Notes under the pieces: model-generated
The model's input: only the letters and a program-made list of their open reading frames with translations
Database searches by the model: none
What the model was told of the DNA's origin: nothing
Position numbers and translations under genes: made by a program
Shown here: positions 12,101-23,090 of the stretch, one piece after another
Layout: every line of letters starts with the position of its first letter
How positions within the stretch are numbered: the stretch's first letter is position 1
Assembly (NCBI GenBank): GCA_028534125.1
Contig: CM052817.1
Location: 108,688,001-108,752,000 of the forward strand
Origin: Lama glama
Lineage: Eukaryota
Reading direction: 5' to 3'
DNA: 64,000 bases

Positions 12101-12875
12101 AGTTATGAGGTCAGTCAGGTGGGTGCCTTTGGAGTCGGGGGTCTGAAGAGAGAAGCACCCCTAGCAAATCAGAGGAAACCATGTTACCTGTGACGCAGGA
12201 ATTGCCCTCACGTGTTGGATGGGGAGTGGCCTTCAGAAGAACAGGGTTATTACACACAGCCTTCAGGTTCAAGTTGTTGCAATGGTGAGAAGTCCACACC
12301 AGCTCAGATCCAGCCACATAAAATTCCCTGTCCCTTTAACCCTCCTCCTTATGAACCGAACCACTCCCCGGTTCTCCCCTCTTCCTGCCTCTCCACCCAA
12401 ACAGGAGAGGTCAGGAGTGACCGACACCCTGGGGTACTTGTTGGTGAAGAGATAAAATCCTGGGAAGCAGAGAATTTGAACCTAAATTAAATTCTGAGTT
12501 TTTTTCTTTCCCTTTTTCATTCTAGGGCTCTTTCTATATTCATTAATAAAATGGAGTTGAAGAGCCATAGTAGCTGGAGGTGACCAGAAGACTCTCACAG
12601 CTGCTGAGGGTGACTGCGGAGCTGAGGGGCTGCCCTGTGCTCATCCAGGGGCCAGGGAGGGTTTGGAGGAACGGTGGTGATGGTGGGGTCAGGTAGGTTG
12701 TCTGACCTTCAGAAGGTTGTTGTTTTTTTAACGTCACCAATCATGATATATTTGCTACAGTTTCCTTTTCACAATTTTTGGCAGTGTAGCTGTGATAAAA
12801 GGCAAATGAAATGTGAACGTATAAATGGGAGTAGAGGAGGTGGGTGTATCTGAATAACTGCTTCTATTTGAAGGG

Positions 12876-13180
12876 CTCAAGGGCATGTCCCCAGCCCAGG
12901 ACGGCCCATGCAATGACCAGTAGATGCAGGCTGTGAACCTCTGGGTCTCTGGCTCCAGTCAGGACAGCTTGGAGTGGTCACCTCCACCTTAGAGCTGGGC
13001 ATGGGGCTGACGGAGGCTGTTGCTGAAGCTGTGTGGTCCCCGCCATCTCCCTCTGCCCCACCTCCTTCCTCTCTGGCCATTCACAGGTGTTGATCTCAAG
13101 GATACTTCCTCAGGTACCATCCACATCCTAACCTCCATCCTTGTCTCAGAGCCAGCCTGCCAGGAACCCAGACTGTGACA
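12876..13180 (+). mobile_element. ERVL LTR (LTR16-like), 3' portion
   Basis: Characteristic end TCACAGGTGTTGATCTCAAG...TCTCAGAG...CTGCCAGGAACCCAGACTGTGACA; a possible 5' piece lies at ~12560-12650. Confidence 0.7.
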
Positions 13181-13889
13181 ATAAACCTTGTGGTTTCTGC
13201 ATTCAGGTCTAGAAATTCACAAAGCAGCAAGAGGCATCTACTACTATGACTTTAGATGTGCTGAGTAACAATCTGACTAATTTTTCAGGATTACATTTAT
13301 TTTCTTAAATGTTTCCAAATATAGTTTCTTTAAGGTCATGAAGAAACACATTTTATTATGTTGTCATAAATTATTTTCTGAGGAAATATTTCAGAGAAAA
13401 TTTAATACTGTATCATGTGAAATAAAAACATTTTTACTTTCAGCACCTTAAAAATACCTAATAATACATAAATCTAATGGAAAAGTTTTAATTTATAAAT
13501 TTTAAAAAGGTTTAGTTTATAATTTATTGGTTCGCCAGTGACAAATCTGTGCTAATTTAAATTCCTTAAATATAGTTGTTCCCTTTGGAGTATATCTTTT
13601 CTTGTGATGCCTTTAGACATCTTCTGAGAAGGCTGCAAATCTAATAGACATCCTCTCTTGCTTTCAAGATAATATAAGACATTTCTCTTTGTGTCTGTTG
13701 ACTTATTTTTTGGCGTAAGTACATGTCTATTAATTTAAACCATTTGATTTAACTTTCCATTAAGATGACAAGACATTTCAAGCTGATTGTAATTTTGAAA
13801 TTTTAAAGATTCCTTCTTTAGTGTCCCAAGGTCACCATATAGAAAAATGGGGTTTTTTAAAACAATTTTTTAAAATCAAAACTATTTAG

Positions 13890-14045
13890 CTTTTGTCTTT
13901 TTAAATTTATTTATTTTTATTTATTTTTTGGGGGGAGGGGGTAATTTGGTTTTTTGTTTTTTTTTTTAAAGAGGTACCAGGGATTGAACCCAAGACCTCG
14001 TGCATGCTAAGCACATTCTCTACCACTGAGCTATACCCACCCCCT
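13890..14045 (-). mobile_element. Vic-1-type SINE
   Basis: GAGGTACCAGGGATTGAACCCAAGACCTCGTGCATGCTAAGCACATTCTCTACCACTGAGCTATACCC preceded by a T-rich tail. Confidence 0.92.
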
Positions 14046-14419
14046 GGAAAAACAGAGTTTTTTAAAAATAAGTTCTGATGCTTATGGAAAGGAACAGTCT
14101 AGTTTCTAAGTAATTGCATCAATTACACATTTACTTTGTAGCTAATAAGAATTACATCAATATTAGAGTAAACGTAGGTTCTCTGAATAACATCCACCAA
14201 AAAAAAAACAGTGGTGTCCCTGAGTGTTTCCCTGACAAACGCGGAGAATCCCCTCCGTGTTGGGTTTTATTGATCCCCGGAACAGTAGCTCCCCCTGAAC
14301 TGAGAACCACCGCAGAATTAAGGAAAGTTGTTTCCATCCCAGAGACCAGACGTTTGGAGGGCAGCCACTGGAGTAGAAAATGCGAGCCTGGCCAAATACT
14401 TTCCTTCTTATTGGATTCC

Positions 14420-14810
14420 CGACTATTTCTGACTCTCATCAGCGAGCGAGTCATGACTGACAGCGCGTGTGCGCGTCCCCGGGGGCTGACGCCGGGAGGA
14501 GCTTCTCCAGGGGTCCCCGCTGCTTTCCTTATGAACACAGCCAGGGGAGGAAACTTCTGCCCCAGAAGCCGCAGAGGACGGGACGGAGGCCTCCAGGCTG
14601 CAGGCTGCTTCCACCTGGGCAGCTAAGGGCACAAGCGGGTTCCAGGTCGGGGTCATGAGAAGAAAGTCGCCCCAGAACTGCGTGATACACTCGTGACCGT
14701 GAGAGCGCCGTGGGAGACAGAGGACCAGGAGAGGCCCGCAGCCCGGGCTGCAGTCCCAGCTCAGGCCCTTCCTAGCTGTCACGCTGGGCAGGTCACCCGA
14801 AGCCTCCCAG
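14420..14810. promoter_or_regulatory. CpG-rich block (small CpG island / enhancer-like)
   Basis: Dense CpGs (GCGAGCGAG, CAGCGCGTGTGCGCGTC, GACGCCGGG), ETS-like GAGGAAAC, not repeat-derived. Confidence 0.5.
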
Positions 14811-16493
14811 CTCAGGTTTTCTTTTGGCAGATGAGGGCCTGTGCTGTAAATCTGTGTTGTGAGATTAGTGGACATTTCAAGGACAGCTGGATTTTTATGT
14901 GAAATCATCCCCTTTTAAATGCTCTATTTAATTTAATTTTTTAACTGTAAAGACTGAAGAGGAAAAAAAGGCGCTAGATGGGACTTGTCCTCTAGGACAG
15001 AACAAGTACCAGTCCGCCTTTCTTCTGCAGACTTTCTTGTTCAGCTTCTCAGCAACAGTCCCCTTTCAACCCCTCTTTTTCTCTGTTTTTCAGCCCTTAC
15101 GCACCACACAGTCCAATTTGGGCTTCTGCTCCGTCCCCCGGTGAAGAGGATGTCCGTTAAACCCCTCGGGAAGCCATGTCACTAGACACAGTAGGTATTT
15201 TTCCATCTGCATCTTCCTTGACCTCTGCGGAGTGCCAGCAAACCTCAGGCAGCCCTTTCTTCTTGAAACCCGCTTGCTTCCATTGAGATCTCTGACCCAA
15301 CGTCTGCCAACTTTCCTTTTAACTCTCAGCCCCCCTGTCTCCTGTAAGCTTTTTATGCAGAATTGCTGCTGATCCATTGTCAGCTGTCTGCTGGTCCTGC
15401 TTCTGTGCAGTCCTGGCCCCCCACCACTGCGTCTGGGGTTGGACCACTGCCCATGGTGGCTGAGTGCACTTGGGGCCGGGCTGGTGCCCAGGGACAGATG
15501 GCTTCACCAGGATTCTGGGGCCTCCATATCTTTGCTGAGCTCTCTGAGCAGCGCCCTCCACATCTTTGAAATTGGTTATTTTATTTCTCTTCCTAGACCC
15601 ACTGGGCAGCTGCAAAGTCTGCAGCTCCTTGGGGTGCAAATCAGACAACAGCTTTCCAAGTGCTTCCTTTGTAACTGAGGGTCCAAGATTTTGCCCATCT
15701 GCTTACCCGTCCAAGCCCATGGCACAGGGGAGCAGGGACCAGGGCACTGGCTGGGGAGGGGCCCCGTTTCTGGGTGCAGGGGTGGGAGTTCTGACAGTAG
15801 CATCCAAGGTCAGGCTTTGGTGAGAGGGTTTGGGGGCTTGTGGGCAAGTGTGTCCTGGTGGCAACAGGGGGTCCCCAGGGGAACTCTTCCTCCAGTGAAT
15901 CTGGGACCTTTGAGCTTGTGGTTTGCTGGGAAGAGTCCAGGCCTTCCTGGAACAGCGATGAGCTAACAAACAGCTCTTAGTATTTAGATCCCTTTTCTGC
16001 TAAAAGAGCGAAAGTGGTTTTGCTCCAGGAAGCCGTCCTTCCTCTCGGGTCTGATGGGACTCTTCCTGCCTGGTTTGATGGACGTCGAATAACCCTGCCT
16101 AAAGCAGTAAACTCGAAGGGAAAGAAGACTCTCCCAGTGACACCGCGTCCCTGAAACCATCCCAGCATCTTCAGATCTATGCCTGGAATCAGTGCCCCGG
16201 GGTTGGTGTAGAAAGGAAAACGTAGAATGACAAAGCTTGCACCTTAAGGGCTGTGCAGATTTGCTAACTTATATAGCAAGAGCCTAGACTGTGTGTGGGA
16301 GGAAGGTCTGTGGATATTAGGTCAAAAAGAGGGAAGCCTAATCTTAAACTAGGCTGAATTCACTGATGTAGGCGCACATGCTGGTAGTTGGGAGTGGCTC
16401 TAATCGTTTGCATTGTCCATGCGTTGAAGTCCAGACTCAGCAACCAATGCCAAAATAATTTGAGGTGCCCCAAATACCTGGCATAACCTAGAC

Positions 16494-16722
16494 TAGAGGT
16501 CAGCAAATTATGGCCCTGAGAGCCAAACCTGGTCACTGCCTTGTTTTTGTGTTTTATTTATATTCTTTTTATAGCCTGTGAGCTAAGATTGGTTTGTCTG
16601 TTTTTAAATGATTTCACTGGAAATGGTTATATAAACAAATAATCCACATTGTTCCTTGATTTTGCCTCTTAGTCTAAAACATCTGCCATCTCACCTTTTA
16701 AGGAGAAGTTTGCTGTTCCCTC
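16494..16722 (+). mobile_element. hAT-Charlie non-autonomous DNA transposon (MER58-like)
   Basis: Start TAGAGGTCAGCAAATTATGGCCC..GCCAAA; internal GCCTGTGAGCTAAGATTGGTTT; end AAGTTTGCTGTTCCCT forms the inverted terminus. Confidence 0.8.
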
Positions 16723-17022
16723 ATCCGGGCTCCAGAGGAAGGGTCCTAAGCTCGTGGAGATGGGCATGGTGGACCGGCTTTGTCCTGTGCCCCCTAATTA
16801 CCTCCTGCCACATTTGTCCCCAGAGGGACTGACTTTCTTTCCCCTGTGATTAGCGTGGCTACTGTCTGTGTAGTGGGGCAGAGAGGGCTGGGTCTAGAAC
16901 ACACAGCAGCCCGTGAGCCTATGTCCAATGGTAAAACAAATGAGTACAAGGTTATAGCCTGAAGGTGGGACCTCTGCACTCATCTGGGTTATCCCCCTAG
17001 GTCAAGAAGCCTGATCTATTGA

Positions 17023-17070
17023 CACAACATTGTAAAATGATTATTAATGAATAAAAAATGTTAAAAAAAA
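17023..17070 (+). mobile_element. Ultra-short L1 3' tail insertion
   Basis: (GA)CACAACATTGTAAAATGATTAT..AATAAAAAATGTTAAAAAAAA flanked by AAGAAGCC(T/G)GATCTATTGA at 17004-17022 and 17071-17089. Confidence 0.85.
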
Positions 17071-17386
17071 AAGAAGCCGGATCTATTGAGAGCCAGCTGA
17101 AGGCAAAGACAACACGGTGTAGAAAAGGAAGGAGAAGTGATTAAAAGTCCAAAGGCAGCCTTGTGACCACTTGCAGTGTCTACATATTTTCTTCTTTCGT
17201 GTGTCATGTACACGCCTGAATGTTCTAATGTCTCCCCTCTGTTCTCTTTATTCTTTATATGCATAGGCATACATGGCAGGAAATGTTACATCCTGACCCA
17301 TAGTTTACAGAATATGAGGCAATAAGAGAGGCTCGTGATGGAACTGGAACAGAAATGGCATCCTTCAGAGATGCTGGACTTGGTTC

Positions 17387-17638
17387 TGTTTCCGAGTCCA
17401 AACTTGTTCTGCTCGCTTCACAACAGGCCAATAAATCAGGAGACGAGGTGTGGGGGCAAGGAATAGCGACCTTATTCGGAAAGCTAGCAGACGGAGAGGA
17501 TGGCAGACTAATGTCTAGGAGATAAAAAAAAGGGGAGGGGCTGTGGTTGATTGTTGCAAACTTCTTGGTGTAGGAGATCTTTGTTCTTGCAGCCGTCCGC
17601 TTGGGCCAGCTCTTGGTGCTCCTGCAAAACCTCCAACA
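17387..17638 (-). mobile_element. Solo ERV1-class LTR
   Basis: TGTT...AACA termini; exact 4-bp TSD GTTC (17383-17386, 17639-17642); body CTGCTCGC..CAGGCCAATAAATC..GGGGCAAGGAATAGCGAC..TTATTCGGAAAG typical of Laurasiatherian ERV1 LTRs. Confidence 0.85.
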
Positions 17639-17854
17639 GTTCTACCTGCTGCATTGATGAGATTTTTGTACTGACTCCCTTTGGGGAGTTTTCACTTCCA
17701 GAGTGATGGCTGAATTGTAGTGGGAGGAATGTATTTGTCCTGGTTGTTTGCATATTTCAGTAAGAAAGAAACTTGCATACAGGAAGGTGTAGGCACTTGT
17801 GGGTGTAAGTTACTTTGGCACTTCCGAGCACTCTACGTTAGGATATTTCTTAAT

Positions 17855-18292
17855 TTAGAAGCCTGTTCCTCCACAAAGTCAAAGCCACAGATTCACTCCC
17901 TCATGCCCCTGCTCCATCGCTGGAGGGTAGGCGTGCTTCCTGACTCTGCAAACCCACACGACCCGCTGGAGACTTGACTTTGGAAGCTAGTGATGTGGAT
18001 AAAGGGGTGACATGGGCTCTGTCATGATGAGGTCCAGCAGTTACACCACTGCTCTAGAAGTTGCAGGGGTCCTACCCATAGCATCCTGCATTCAGTGTCC
18101 AAAGTGCGAGATGCAGTTTTGTGTGGCTGGTCCTGGTGGTGGGGGCAGGGGTGTACCCAGGAGAACATCTCCGCCCTCCTAGAGCGTCTGTGAACTATTT
18201 TTTAATTTTTTTAATAGCATCTTTTCTTGTTAAAGCAGTCAGAGTCAGGCATGCTTTTTTTTTTTTTTGCATTAAAGAACGCTGACTCTTGC
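17855..18292 (+). mobile_element. MaLR LTR (MLT1K/L-like)
   Basis: GACTTGACTTTGGAAGC.. core and end GTTAAAGCAGTCAGAGTCAGG...TGCATTAAAGAACGCTGACT. Confidence 0.55.
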
Positions 18293-18319
18293 GTAATATT
18301 TTCTATAACATCTCAACCA

Positions 18320-18756
18320 TCAGTTAGCTTTTGCCGTGTAACCAGCCAGTCCCCAAACCTGGTGTCTTAAAAGAACAATAATTTTTTAAGTCATTATACT
18401 GTGAGTCTGAATTTTCCTCTAGTCTTAGCTCTGTGCCTGCCGCCACCCAGCTGGCCACTGACGCCCTCACTCACGTGACCCGTGCCCGGCGCTGGCTGTC
18501 ACGGTGCTGGCTGTCAGCAGGTGGTGTGCCTGCCGTGGGTCCTCTGAGGCTTCATCCCACGTGAAAGGTGCAAGCAATTTTCAAGCTTCTGCTTGTGATG
18601 CATTTGGTAATGTCCCCTAGGGCAACGCAAATCACGTGGCCAAACCCAGACTTAATGGGTAAAGAAGTAGAACCTGCCTCTCACTAAGTCACACTGCAAA
18701 CGGTGCACAGATACAGATGGAAGAATTTGCAGCCTGTTTTGCAGTCTTGCTCACCA
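18320..18756 (-). mobile_element. MaLR LTR (MLT1G/H-like)
   Basis: TCAGTTAGCTTTTGCCGTGTAAC..CCCCAAAC..GTCTTAAAAGAAC and GCAAATCACGTGGCCAAACCCAGA..AAGTAGA..CTGCCTCT..GTCACACTGCAAA. Confidence 0.75.
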
Positions 18757-18825
18757 ACGTGAATTTTTTTTTTTTTGCATGTTTCTCTTAACTTCCAGAA
18801 TTTTGAGTGAACTCTCTCAGAACTG

Positions 18826-19137
18826 TCTGCACCTCTGAGCATGCTGTTTCTTCTGCCAGATTGCAGTTTCTCCTTAGTCTTTCTGGAGAAATGCCAATGC
18901 AGCCTTGTTTCACAGTTTTAAGACTCCATTTCTTCATGAAATAATGAATGAACGTTTTTTTCCAATCTCAATTTCCATTAAAAGTTGTGGATCTCTTTCT
19001 TACAATTCATATTCCGTTGCACTCCATCATGAAAGGTCCATTTGACAACAGTCACCCGGAGGGTGGAGACTTCCTAGGGTCCAGCACAGTGGTTAGCAGA
19101 TGGTTGCTACTCATTAGCTGAACTGCTTGCTAAGTGA
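18826..19137 (+). mobile_element. L2 3'-end remnant
   Basis: CATGCTGTTTCTTCTGCCAGA... and CCTAGGGTCCAGCACAGTGG..AGCAGATGGTTGCTACTCA; very diverged. Confidence 0.45.
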
Positions 19138-21035
19138 GGCAAGCGCCCGTGCAGTTGCGTTCCTTTCCCGTGGAGCTGGCTGGCAGTGACCTGTGTCCTG
19201 GTGAGTCTGTCAGCAGAACTGAAGGGCCTGTAGGTTTCTGGGGAAATCCTTCCATGCTGAGGCCATGGTAGCCCCCGGATGCTTAGACCTTCACTGTGTT
19301 GCTCACAGTGTGACCAGTAACCACATCGATGCGCTAGAGTTTTACTCTGGAACATTTCTGAAGTGTGTTCCAATCACCGTAATAACCCCTGCCCCTCCTT
19401 CTTTCTCACACAGGAAAAGAGAATCTAAAAGTCCGTCCCATTGGCACATCCCAGCCTGGAACATTGGGACAGTCACGGCTTAAACTGACTCTGTCTTCTG
19501 CCCAGATGGATTTCAACGTTTCATAGTTTACCTCTTTTAGAGAAGGGAGAGACAGATCATCCATTTCATCCAATTCATTTCTTATAATAAGCAGGACAGC
19601 ATGCTCCTAAGCTGTATAATTTACTCTTTATCCTTTCCCTGAACTTGTTGAAGTGGGAGAAATACCACCCTTTCCAAAGAATGAATAAACATAAGATTGC
19701 AGCACATAGCCTGGCGTCTCTCTTACCCCAAACAAAGGTGAGAAACCTTTCAGAGCCCAGAGGGCTGTTTAGGGACTTTCCCATTCACCTAGAGCAGCTA
19801 AAATGTTTTGTTTTGTTTTGTTTTTCCCTTTTCCCTTCCCTCCACTTTCTCCCAAATCCGAGCCAAAGCAGACAGGCATGAACAGGGAAGAGCTAGCGCC
19901 TTTCCTGACCCTCCTGGTGGGGGAGGATGGAAACCCCTCAGCTTGGAGCCCCTGGCAGCTGCTGTGTTGGCAACGCTTGGGGAGATTTTGAACGAAACGT
20001 CTGGCTGCTGAAAGTTTTTGGATGTGGGGTTTGATGTTATCAAAAAAATTCATCTGGTCAGACGCAGGGACGTATTGTTTAATCTAGCAGGAATGCGAGC
20101 AGGTTGCCCCGCACAGAGCCGTTGGGTGTGCTTGGTCTTTTTTTGTGGTCAAGTCTACAGCAGTTGCTCTGTGTAATTCGAGAAGGATCTGTCTGGGGAC
20201 AGAGTTCTCCACCACATTTCAGTGGAGTCTGTTTCAACCCTCAGGCAGAGTCTAAAGAGATTTCTCAAATGAATGAAACAGTGGTTAAGTTTCCTGGTTT
20301 CTTCTGCAAAGTCTGAATTGTTACCCCCTCTTAAACTGATCCTCCTTCCTCATAAGATTTCAGCTACTACTTAGTTCAGGAATTATTTTCACACACATCC
20401 CAAATGGTCAATACAGAGATTCATTTATTTTACTCAGGCAAAGTCCTTTCATTGGTTGCAAAAATATTGTTTGCAATAATAAACTATTTTTGATCCAAAT
20501 TGACCAATTTTTTAATATCTGTTCTGCTATTTAACTGTATCATTTTAATTCTTGATAAAGATATAATATAGAACTCACCAATTTAATACATAATATCTTG
20601 AAATGTTTTAATATAAAGATTATAGTGATTTGGACAAACATCTCTTCTAAAACTCTGAAACTCATCTTAATTTTCGAGTCTTTAAATGAGAGAAACGTTA
20701 CTAACCGTATTTAAAGGGGAAATATCTTGCCAGGATGAGTATGTCTTCAGACATAATGTGTGGTTGGTAGGAGCCATGAGATGACAGATTATAGTGTGAA
20801 AAGTCTCTCTGAAAGGTGAATGTATTTATTCCTTGATCTTCTGAACACAGACTGCTTATCTGCCTCCTCTTTAACCAATTTTGTTTTTTGTACAGTTAAA
20901 GTCATATATCCCTGGGATATTTGGTTCTTTGCAGTTTCTATAAGCAAGTTATTTTGTCGGACAGCCTCAGTTTTCATGTGTACAGGTATGGTGTCTTTTG
21001 TCGGTTAGGGCACAGACCACATGACATCTCTTAGC

Positions 21036-21271
21036 TTGTGGGAAAGGATACATTTGGGAGTTTGAGATTTGCAATTGTTAACCACTATATATAAAAATAG
21101 ATTAAAAAACAAAATTTCTTCTTTGTAGCACAGGGAACTATCTTCAATATCTTGTGATAACTTTTAATGAAAAATAATATGAAGATGAATGTACGTATGT
21201 ACGTGCATGACTGGGACGTTATGCTGTACATCAGAAATTGACACATTGTTACTGACTATACTTTAAAAAAA
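21036..21271 (+). mobile_element. L1 3'-end fragment (camelid type)
   Basis: GGGAAAGGATACATTTGGGAGTTTGAGATTTGC...GCACAGGGAACTAT...CAGAAATTGACACATTG..poly-A. Confidence 0.9.
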
Positions 21272-22590
21272 GCTTTTTAAGGCCATTTAAATATGGCTTA
21301 AGAATTTGATTAACCATTTAAAAAAATCTGCAGGAAAATTTTTTCCCACTTCTATTTGACTCTGTATCATTCTCTCTGATTATTTTTCTAATAATCTGGT
21401 ATTTGATAGTTTTATTTGGTTTATGCGTTAAACAGCCTTAATCGGTCTGCCCTTTGTGTGACTGTCTGTTCTGGCTCGTATTGCTAAAGGAGATCAAGGG
21501 CATCTGACAACTTTTCTTACAGTCAGTAAGTTTCATATGGCCAGGGATGGTTTTAGATGCTTTTCTGCTGGGTCTTCACTCCAACGGCCAGATAAGACAT
21601 TGTGAAGGACTGAGTTTCCATCTCAGCTGTGACTATCATTTCTGGTTCCTGTATAACCAAAAAGTTAGAGCACAGAAAGTTTAGACCAATATTAGCCTTT
21701 GTTCTCTCTCCCTCTGCTATAGTAATAGCGACAAGACTGAAAACAGAAGCGAATGGTTACTCAGGATATTGAAAAGTAGCAAATGTCTGGAGAGTGTCTG
21801 AGGAGCTGAACTTCTGATGTGTAGGGCTGAATCTTGGAAACGAGGGATGTGTGTAAGAATAACTAGGAAGACTTGGTTGAGGTGAATCGTGGAACTCATG
21901 CGACTCAGTGTGCCCACTTTTGAGTTTATCTTTATCCCATTTTAAAACAAACTTTTCGTCCTAGTAAACTCCTCAGTGCTGTCTGTGGGCCACAGACTTC
22001 TCCAGCGTGGGGCCTGAGATCTGACTTTGATTCTGTGACGTTCACTCATTGCATTCATTCTAACATCAATTCTTGTCAGTTCTCGTTTTGAAATATGTTT
22101 CAGGACCAACCCCCCTCCCCCCCAGCTTCCTGCTGCCTGTTCGGAACTCTCAGCCCTGCGTTGGTCAGCATCCCCCCACGATAAATCTTGCTTCTTCACT
22201 GATCATTCTTCTGTGTGCACCGTTCCCCTGGCCTGGTCTTCCTAAAACCTTCCTCGTTAGACCACGCCCCTGGAATGCTGGTGTGACTTGCGAGTGATTT
22301 CCCCCCTCCCTTGCCCGGCAGACTCAGTTCATCTCAAGCTCCATCAAATTTACTTTTTTCATAAATAGCTTCTATTTCACAGCTCACGGTCTGTCAGATT
22401 AGTCCCTTCAACCCCAGTTGTGATAATGTGATTTTCCAGCTGACACACAGAGGGAGTCCCATGACCTGATGCAGGAAGGACGCAGGCAGAGGTGATGGGT
22501 CCTGGACTTACCTACCTCGCGCACCATACCTCTGACGGCGGCCTCCCAGACTGAGCACCGCGGTCAAGCTGCGCTCTTAACTTTTACCCC

Positions 22591-23090
22591 NNNNNNNNNN
22601 NNNNNNNNNNNNNNNNNNNNNNNNNNNNNNNNNNNNNNNNNNNNNNNNNNNNNNNNNNNNNNNNNNNNNNNNNNNNNNNNNNNNNNNNNNNNNNNNNNNN
22701 NNNNNNNNNNNNNNNNNNNNNNNNNNNNNNNNNNNNNNNNNNNNNNNNNNNNNNNNNNNNNNNNNNNNNNNNNNNNNNNNNNNNNNNNNNNNNNNNNNNN
22801 NNNNNNNNNNNNNNNNNNNNNNNNNNNNNNNNNNNNNNNNNNNNNNNNNNNNNNNNNNNNNNNNNNNNNNNNNNNNNNNNNNNNNNNNNNNNNNNNNNNN
22901 NNNNNNNNNNNNNNNNNNNNNNNNNNNNNNNNNNNNNNNNNNNNNNNNNNNNNNNNNNNNNNNNNNNNNNNNNNNNNNNNNNNNNNNNNNNNNNNNNNNN
23001 NNNNNNNNNNNNNNNNNNNNNNNNNNNNNNNNNNNNNNNNNNNNNNNNNNNNNNNNNNNNNNNNNNNNNNNNNNNNNNNNNNNNNNNNNN
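22591..23090. other. Assembly gap (500 N)
   Basis: Run of exactly 500 N; right flank begins with an A run. Confidence 1.
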
